Assembly (NCBI GenBank): GCA_963663405.2
Contig: CAXXSM010000124.1
Coordinates: 1-17,686, forward strand
Direction of reading: 5' to 3'
From: a bacterium
Lineage (GTDB): Bacteria > Hinthialibacterota > Hinthialibacteria > Hinthialibacterales > Hinthialibacteraceae
Length of the DNA stretch: 17,686 nucleotides
The translations under genes and the position numbers were made by a program. The first letter of the stretch is position 1. Each line of letters begins with the position of its first letter. The notes beneath the pieces were generated by a model, which was not told the DNA's origin, did not search any database, and saw only the letters and a list, made by a program, of their open reading frames with translations. Positions 9,438-15,068 of this stretch are shown here, piece by piece.

Positions 9438-9543
9438 TCAGCGCCGCCCTTCAGAATTATTGCTCATGGACTGTAATAAATACCTTCGCTAGGCAGATTT
9501 TGCCTAGTTTTCTTTCGCTTCAAGTCCCCCTTATCCTCGATAA

Positions 9544-9560
9544 TGCAACCTGTGTGCCCA
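9544..9560 (-). promoter_or_regulatory. sigma-54 (RpoN) -24/-12 promoter of flgK-flgL
   Basis: Minus strand reads TGGGCACACAGGTTGCA, i.e. GG-N10-GC with GGCAC and TTGCA matching the TGGCAC-N5-TTGCW consensus, about 105 bp upstream of the flgK ATG. Confidence 0.75.
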
Positions 9561-9585
9561 AATCATCACAAAAAATTTGATGATT
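9561..9585. promoter_or_regulatory. palindromic putative regulator site in the divergent flgK / transporter intergenic region
   Basis: AATCATCA-N9-TGATGATT, perfect 8-bp arms, abutting the -24 element. Confidence 0.4.
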
Positions 9586-9688
9586 CATCCCGTTGTGACG
9601 CTCAGAAATCCGCCTTTAAATCCATAGCCATTGTTTTTTCTGTAAATCTGGCTAAAACATGCACTTATAATGCTATAGGACTAACCAT

Positions 9689-10480
9689 ATGGACTATTAC
9701 TTTTATTTCATCGCCTCGCTCGCGGTTATTCTTACGGGAATCGCGAAGGCGGGATTTGGCGGGGGGGTCGGTATCGCTGCGACTCCGCTTTTACTGCTTG
9801 TGACGAGTGGCTCGAAAGAGGCGATCGGGATCATGCTCCCGATTCTCTGCTCGTGCGATCTATTCGCCGTCTACCATTATCGCCGCACGTACGATGGGGC
9901 GAATCTTCTGCGTCTGATTCCCGGAGCGATTCTGGGGATCGCGGCTGGGAGTTTTTTCCTAGGTAAATTTTCTGAGGAATTCCTTAGCGTCTGGATTGGG
10001 ATTATCTCCGTCGCTTTTGTGTTCTATCAATGGGGGAAAACCTGGATTCTGAAGGAATTAAGAGCCTACCGGCCAAAATTCTGGCAAGGCTGTCTTTTTG
10101 GAAGCGCCGTCGGATTTACCTCCACTCTCGCCCACGCGGGAGGCCCTCCGGCGACGATGTTTCTTCTTCCACAAAACCTGGGCCGACAGTTGTTTGTAGG
10201 CACAACCGTGTTTCTCTTTACGGCGGTCAATGCGGTAAAATTGATCCCTTATTTCTACTTTCATATTATCAATTTAGAGCGCATCTCGACCAGTTTGATC
10301 CTTTTGCCGCTGGTTCCGATTGGGACGTATCTTGGTGTTTGGATGAACCGGCGCTTGAACGAAACTGCTTTTAATGGCGTCATTTACGTCTTTCTTCTTC
10401 TGATTGGCTTTAAGCTGATCACAGGGATCAATCCGGTTGGGTTTCTCTTTGAAATCATAGGTCTCAATCAAGCGTCATGA
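9689..10480 (+). CDS. sulfite exporter TauE/SafE (TSUP) family membrane protein
   Basis: Highly hydrophobic 263 aa with GIAKAGFGGGVG, AIGIMLPIL..D, GFTSTLAHAGGPP and NAVKLIPY motifs. AGGA RBS at 9677 and TATAAT at 9666-9671. Confidence 0.9.
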   Translation: MDYYFYFIASLAVILTGIAKAGFGGGVGIAATPLLLLVTSGSKEAIGIMLPILCSCDLFAVYHYRRTYDGANLLRLIPGAILGIAAGSFFLGKFSEEFLSVWIGIISVAFVFYQWGKTWILKELRAYRPKFWQGCLFGSAVGFTSTLAHAGGPPATMFLLPQNLGRQLFVGTTVFLFTAVNAVKLIPYFYFHIINLERISTSLILLPLVPIGTYLGVWMNRRLNETAFNGVIYVFLLLIGFKLITGINPVGFLFEIIGLNQAS

Positions 10481-11244
10481 ATCTTTTTGACAGCCATCAT
10501 CATTTAAACGATCCAAGACTCCAGGGGCAAGAAGAAAGAGTTTGGCGAGACGCTTTCGAAGCGGGTGTGACGAAAGGCGTAGTTATTGGCTATGACGTAG
10601 CCAGTAGTGAAAGGGCCATTGATCTGGTTGACCGGCTTCCCGGTTTGTACGCCTCGGTTGGTCTCTCTCCCCATGTTGTCATGGAGGCGGAAGACGATTA
10701 TATCGAACGCCTGCGCGCACTCGCTCAACATCCAAAGGTTGTGGCCATCGGCGAAGCTGGTCTGGAGTATTTCTACGACGCGGGGCCGAAGGAGAAGCAG
10801 AGAAGGGAACTGTTGCGTCAGGCGGAGTTGGCGGATGAACTAGGGAAGCCTTTAGTGATTCACCTGCGTGACGCGGATGAGGATTTCCTCCAAATCCTGG
10901 AATCCGGAGCGCCCGATTCGGCAATCCTCCATTGTTTCACGGCTTCGGAAGAATTAATGCGCGCCGCTGTGGAAAAAGGATATTACATCTCCTTCTCCGG
11001 CATCCTTACATTTAAGAACGCGAAGGATATCCAACGCATAGCCGCTCTCGTTCCAGAAGAAAATCTCTTAATCGAGACGGATTCACCCTACTTAGCCCCC
11101 GTGCCATATAGAGGCAAGCAGTGCGAGCCAAGGATGGTGGTAGAGACAGCGAAAAAGCTGGCCGGGATTCGAGGATTGTCAGTAGAAGAGATCGGGCGGA
11201 TTACTTATGAGAACGCTTGCCGGGTGTTTCGGATTGGGGATTGA
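10477..11244 (+). CDS. tatD: TatD family metal-dependent hydrolase/DNase
   Basis: DSHHHL, GLSPH, AIGEAGLEY, PLVIHLRDA, LHCFT, SFSG, LIETDSPYLAP, NACRVF. ATGA overlap with the upstream gene. Confidence 0.92.
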   Translation: MNLFDSHHHLNDPRLQGQEERVWRDAFEAGVTKGVVIGYDVASSERAIDLVDRLPGLYASVGLSPHVVMEAEDDYIERLRALAQHPKVVAIGEAGLEYFYDAGPKEKQRRELLRQAELADELGKPLVIHLRDADEDFLQILESGAPDSAILHCFTASEELMRAAVEKGYYISFSGILTFKNAKDIQRIAALVPEENLLIETDSPYLAPVPYRGKQCEPRMVVETAKKLAGIRGLSVEEIGRITYENACRVFRIGD

Positions 11245-11260
11245 GTCTTTGATGTTTATA

Positions 11261-11507
11261 TTTGTCTGAATCTGGATTCCCTGGATGAATAGTCTGCTCA
11301 GGATTTGAATTGAATACTCTGTTTGGTGTTTCAGAAAATATAACAATATATAAGTTAGATCGTAATAGAGTTTTTTTATACCTTTTTTGAATAATAAATA
11401 TCAGAATTGGAAATCTCCAAATATAAGGATTTTGAGGATAGTGAATCAAGTTTGATCGGATATATCATGGCTATCCCATAAATCCTGGCTATCCTGATAC
11501 TGACAAA
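11261..11507. mobile_element. MITE-like AT-rich element with imperfect 26-bp terminal inverted repeats
   Basis: Left TTTGTCTGAATCTGGATTCCCTGGAT vs reverse complement of right (11482-11507) TTTGTCAGTATCAGGATAGCCAGGAT: 20/26 identical. ATCC motifs recur with ~9-nt spacing. No credible ORF inside. Confidence 0.5.
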
Positions 11508-11545
11508 AAAAAGCGGATAAGGTATTTTTACACCCTGTCCGCTTT
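11505..11545 (-). terminator. intrinsic terminator of the sigma/anti-sigma operon (possibly bidirectional)
   Basis: Minus strand AAAGCGGACAGGGT-loop-ACCTTATCCGC followed by a run of 8 T, 30 bp after the stop at 11575. The plus strand also has a T-rich tail. Confidence 0.75.
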
Positions 11546-11574
11546 CTCTTTTTCTTCTTTAATCAAACTGAACG

Positions 11575-12789
11575 TTATTCCTTCACTTCAAACTCGTCTG
11601 GATGGACGTCGGCAGTAGTGAGATCGGCGTAGATGACCCGGTAGGTTTCGGAGTCTTTTGGTTTCCACCAGCAGATGGGGGCTTGGTCTCCGAGTTTTAT
11701 GCCTTCTACATCATAATTCCAGTTGTTCTCCGAATTGAGTTGATAGAACAATAGGCCTTGTGTCAGTTTAACGTACTGCGCGGTGAATTCTTGGATCTGT
11801 TCTTCTGTTGGATTGCCGTCACCGATCTTGCCACCGAGCAGTTTCGCCACGTCCTGCATGGTTAGAGATTCGGGGAATTTTCCCTGGCTCGCTTCGGCGC
11901 ACATCCGCAGCATTTCGATCAGATCGTTCTCTGATGGTTCGGCTGTGGGCATGGCGGGCATTTTAATCTCTTCGTACCCTTCCGGCAGTTCCGTGAGGAA
12001 GAGCGATTCATCCAAGTCGGGATTGAAGACGAAATCGGTCAACGTCACTTTCATATCGCCGAACATGGCCATTTTGATTTCGATCCGGACCGGCAGACCC
12101 GTTTGGGTGTCCGCCCAGATGGTATACTCCATGCCATCCTGTTTGGTATGGAATTCCAGAGTGGTATGACCATCAATCTCCTTTTCCCCGACAATCATTT
12201 CCGCGCCTTCTTTGAGTTGCTGCAAGGAAGCGATGAAATCCTGCTGTCGTTGATTCTGGGGCAGGTTGGAGAAATCAATCACCGATCCTTTTTTCTGGGA
12301 AGGAACCAAGGTCATGCTTTTTCCCTTGACCATATCCATAATGATGACATTACCGTTATCCTGAGTCATTCGTTGTATGCCTGGCGCCTTATAGAGGGCC
12401 TTCATAATGAATGTGGGTTGACCGGGCGTTTCGACTGTGCTCTTGTATGAAAGAGTATGGATGGAGTAGATCCGTTCGAGCACTTCCGCGAAGGCCAGTC
12501 CCGGTCCGCTATCCAGAAATCCGATTCCCGCGACGAAGATGAAAACCAAAACGGCGCATGCGGCGGCCGCCGCCCAGCGGTATTGTCTTCCAGTTAGATT
12601 CTTGAGTAAACGCATGATAAAGTTCTCCTTATTGTATGTTTTGAGTTTCATTGCCAGATTGCGCCTAGCGGTTTGCCACTGCGCTGTATCCGGTGTGTCT
12701 TCCCGCGCGGCGTCAATCCATTCCTGGAGCTCTTCCATGCCGACTCCGTGTTGCTCGTTTGAATATTTGTGATTGTCATTTCTACACAT
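11575..12789 (-). CDS. putative single-pass anti-sigma factor with extracytoplasmic LolA-like domain
   Basis: Overlaps the ECF sigma stop by 8 bp; RBS GAAAGGAG. ~70-aa cytoplasmic N-terminus, TM WAAAAACAVLVFIFVAGIGFL, then AFAEVLERI and a beta-rich region ending IWADTQTGLPVRIE...FVFNPDLDESLFLTELPEGY typical of LolA-like folds. Confidence 0.75.
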   Translation of the reverse strand: MCRNDNHKYSNEQHGVGMEELQEWIDAAREDTPDTAQWQTARRNLAMKLKTYNKENFIMRLLKNLTGRQYRWAAAAACAVLVFIFVAGIGFLDSGPGLAFAEVLERIYSIHTLSYKSTVETPGQPTFIMKALYKAPGIQRMTQDNGNVIIMDMVKGKSMTLVPSQKKGSVIDFSNLPQNQRQQDFIASLQQLKEGAEMIVGEKEIDGHTTLEFHTKQDGMEYTIWADTQTGLPVRIEIKMAMFGDMKVTLTDFVFNPDLDESLFLTELPEGYEEIKMPAMPTAEPSENDLIEMLRMCAEASQGKFPESLTMQDVAKLLGGKIGDGNPTEEQIQEFTAQYVKLTQGLLFYQLNSENNWNYDVEGIKLGDQAPICWWKPKDSETYRVIYADLTTADVHPDEFEVKE

Positions 12790-13372
12790 GGTGAATCTCC
12801 TTTCTCAATTCCGATCGATCGCGCGCGCCTGGCGCCCGTCTTTCCACGGGCTCTTCCATGGGTTTCAGAATTTCCTTGAGACGTTCCCGGCTCCGGTGTA
12901 GAATCACGCCGACTTGGTTCACGGAAATGCTCATATGTTCGGCGATGTTCTCGTATGACAGTTCCTCGAAGCAGCGCAAAGCGAACACTTTTGCGTCCCG
13001 TTCCGACAATTGGCTCAACGCCTGCCGGAGAAACCGCGCTTTCTGTTTTTGGCTCGCGAGATAGCGGGGAGTCCGGCCATTGGAGACTTCTGTTTCACGA
13101 ACGAATTCCCAGCTCTCCTCTTTGTACTTGGGTTTACGCCGCAAGAGATCTATCGCAGTCCGTGACGCCGTCACCCGCAAGTACGCGCCCCAGTTTTTTA
13201 CGGCTTCGGGGTGGATTCGCTTTCCGCTTCCGCTCAGCAGTTTCAGGAACACTTCCTGCAAGACGTCTTCCGCGTCTTCGGGGCTGCCGAGAATCCGGTA
13301 GGCGGCGTGATACACCATCTGTCCGAATGTTTCGGATAATTCCGACACCCATTCGACTCGATCTTTCTTCAT
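12782..13372 (-). CDS. ECF-type RNA polymerase sigma-70 factor
   Basis: Region 2 (AYRILGSPEDAEDVLQEVFLKL...AYLRVTASRTAIDLLRR) and region 4 (LSQLSERDAKVFALRCFEELSYENIAEHMSISVNQVGVILHRSRERL). AAGGA precedes ATG 13372. Confidence 0.93.
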   Translation of the reverse strand: MKKDRVEWVSELSETFGQMVYHAAYRILGSPEDAEDVLQEVFLKLLSGSGKRIHPEAVKNWGAYLRVTASRTAIDLLRRKPKYKEESWEFVRETEVSNGRTPRYLASQKQKARFLRQALSQLSERDAKVFALRCFEELSYENIAEHMSISVNQVGVILHRSRERLKEILKPMEEPVERRAPGARDRSELRKEIHHV

Positions 13373-13442
13373 TATTTTTTCCTTTTTTTGTACGATCTCA
13401 GTGTGGGGCCCGCACACGCGTCAATCGTTCTGTCATAGAGAG

Positions 13443-13469
13443 GACGGGATAAAGGGATATTTTCTTACA
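13443..13469 (-). promoter_or_regulatory. candidate ECF-dependent autoregulatory promoter
   Basis: Minus strand TGTAAG-N17-CGTC, resembling the common ECF -35 (TGTAAC/AAC) and -10 (CGT) pattern, ~70 bp upstream of the sigma gene. Confidence 0.5.
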
Positions 13470-13602
13470 GTGTTTTGAATATAAAGACCATTTTCTTGCT
13501 ATGCGAATTGTGCTTTCTTTTATAGGCTTGAATGGGTAAAATGAATCGTAATGGATTGAATGTCATTATACGTGACTTGTTTACCACAGGGAGAGAAAAA
13601 TT

Positions 13603-14220
13603 ATGAATCGGTTTGTTTGGATTGTTTTTACAGCATTGATCATTGCGCCGAATGGATTCGCTCAACTGGAACCCATTCAACTCGATTTTTCCGGCGCGAC
13701 GGCGGAAGAAAATAGTGTCACCATCCAAGGTCCGGGATTTGACGCCTTACCCCCGCGCGGAGATTATGTTTGGGGTATTTCCCGAAGGCGTTGTCAGCGA
13801 GGACGATGAGGATGCGACGGATGGGACCGGCGCAATTATTGTAGCGGAACCAGGGGAAGGATTGATGGTGTTCGGCCCCGTCGTCAACGCGACCAGCGCC
13901 GCTTTATACAGCTGCTCAGTCAAGGCGGATAAACCTTATATTTCCGTTACTCCTCGCCAGTGTGGATATGGGAGCGAATGGTTTTGTCACGACTACATCC
14001 CCTTCAAACAGCGCTTTCTTTGTTGAAAAGTTCCAGGTATTGAATGATTTCTTTATTCCCCCATCCATTGGGATTTCAGCCATTGATCCAGATCGTCAAC
14101 ACCAGCGAAACGGAAAACCGTTACAGTCTATTTGGATAATATGGATGTTTGGTTCTTAGATCCCACCCCCGCGATCCAATCCCTTCCTTCCTTGCTGATC
14201 TTGTTAGCCCCTTTGATTAA
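13603..14220 (+). CDS. secreted hypothetical protein (~200 aa) split by several apparent frameshifts; 3' end uncertain (14220 or ~14257)
   Basis: RBS GGGAGA, signal peptide MNRFVWIVFTALIIAPNGFA-Q. Protein-like text continues across frames: QLEPIQLDFSG...GFDALP / RAEIMFG...DGTGAII...ISVT / LASVDMGANG...PPSIG / FQPLIQIVNTSETE / TVTVYLDNMDVW. Confidence 0.6.
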
Positions 14221-14327
14221 AGCGTTTGATGTCGATCTCTTTTCAGGACTTTTCTAATAAGGATCGGTATTAATGAGTGTTTTTTATTATAAGGGCAGGC
14301 TTTTTTTCTGTTCTTGCTTGATTATTA

Positions 14328-14387
14328 ATTGATCTAATCAAGAAGCGATACAATAAAGCGTTGGAAATAGAAAAGGCAAGGAAATGA
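14328..14387 (+). pseudogene. C-terminal remnant of a RelE/HigB (Gp49-like) toxin
   Basis: Reads IDLIKKRYNKALEIEKARK*, resembling the C-terminal helix of Gp49-type toxins. Its TGA overlaps the antitoxin ATG (ATGA). An in-frame stop lies just upstream and there is no start codon. Confidence 0.55.
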
Positions 14388-14717
14388 TAAAATCAAATGA
14401 GATTAAAGTAACCGAAAGCGACGGGAATGTTTTCGCCGATCTTGGCTTTGAAGATGCGGGGGAGCTATTGATTCGCGCCGACACTTGGGCCGTTCTGTCC
14501 GTCTTATATTGAAGGAACGCGGTTACAAACAGCGTGAGATTGCGGAAATTTTTGGGGATGGCGCAGTCGGAAGTTTTTCAACTCATGAGTGGGGAGTATA
14601 ATCTTTTTTCTGAAGGGCGGCTCTTGTCATTTTTGAATAAGTTGGATTTTACAACAACGATCAAAATCACCCCCCACGAAAAAAGGTGAACAACAGCAAC
14701 GAGTTATTTGCGCTTAA
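14384..14717 (+). CDS. XRE-family HTH antitoxin (HigA-like, HTH_37 type), with 3 apparent frameshifts; missed by the ORF track
   Basis: MIKSNEIKVTESDGNVFADLGFEDAGELLIRAD / LGRSVRLILKERGYKQREIAEI / LGMAQSEVFQLMSGEYNLFSEGRLLSFLNKLD...ITPHEK / GEQQQRVICA*. The GNVFADLG and Q.EIAE.LG..QSEV motifs are characteristic. Confidence 0.8.
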
Positions 14718-14724
14718 ACGAAAT

Positions 14725-14753
14725 GATGGGCTACGCTTCGCTTTTAGCCTTAC
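14725..14753 (-). repeat. degenerate REP-like hairpin
   Basis: Minus strand GTAAGGCTAAAAGCGAAGCGTAGCCCATC with a GGCTA/TAGCC stem around a GCGAAGCG core, resembling GTAG-class REP sequences. Confidence 0.35.
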
Positions 14754-14809
14754 GGGGCTGGGCGCCTTTGAATTCTTGAATCTGATACGAATTTGTTTTC
14801 GGATTTAAT

Positions 14810-14838
14810 GCCAGGGCAGAAAAAAGCCTTGCCCTGGC
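14810..14838. terminator. GC-rich hairpin downstream of the antitoxin gene
   Basis: GCCAGGGCA-N11-TGCCCTGGC perfect 9-bp stem. There is no immediate U-tract, so terminator function is uncertain. Confidence 0.35.
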
Positions 14839-14892
14839 CACCCGCCTTCTCTAGCAAGATTTTTTAGATAAGCGTAAAAACGTAATACATCA

Positions 14893-14940
14893 AAATCCTG
14901 CGAATCCTATTCATCTTGGGTATCCAGATTCAGACAAATA
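14893..14940 (+). repeat. second copy of the MITE-like terminal repeat
   Basis: 41/48 identical (ungapped, by eye) to the reverse complement of 11259-11306; the last 19 nt ATCCAGATTCAGACAAATA are identical. Confidence 0.8.
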
Positions 14941-15068
14941 AAAGAAACTATCTATATTCTATATCCTGGCGCCTTCCTACTTTCGTGATATAGTAAATCC
15001 AACACCCGCCCGTGGTTAACATTTTACAAATCAAACTCTAACGATTTTATAATAAAGAGTTTATCGAA

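Larger units (their letters stand above)
14292..14835. repeat. 19-bp imperfect inverted repeats bracketing the toxin-antitoxin remnant
   Basis: AGGGCAGGCTTTTTTTCTG (14292-14310) vs reverse complement of 14817-14835, AGGGCAAGGCTTTTTTCTG; they differ only by single-base run-length changes. Confidence 0.55.

Noticed and set aside
9569-9582. IHF-like site (CATCAAATTTTTT) upstream of the sigma-54 promoter
   Set aside because: Two mismatches to WATCAANNNNTTR in AT-rich DNA; not callable on its own.
11201-11449. 82-aa minus-strand ORF inside the MITE-like element
   Set aside because: Non-ATG start, AT-rich low-information translation, overlaps the tatD end, no transposase motifs.
13373-13417. Longer GTG start for the ECF sigma
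   Set aside because: ATG 13372 has the RBS and gives a typical ECF N-terminus.
14292-14940. Integron cassette (attC) interpretation of the antitoxin segment
   Set aside because: No RYYYAAC...GTTRRRY core pair found after the gene, and no integrase in the window.
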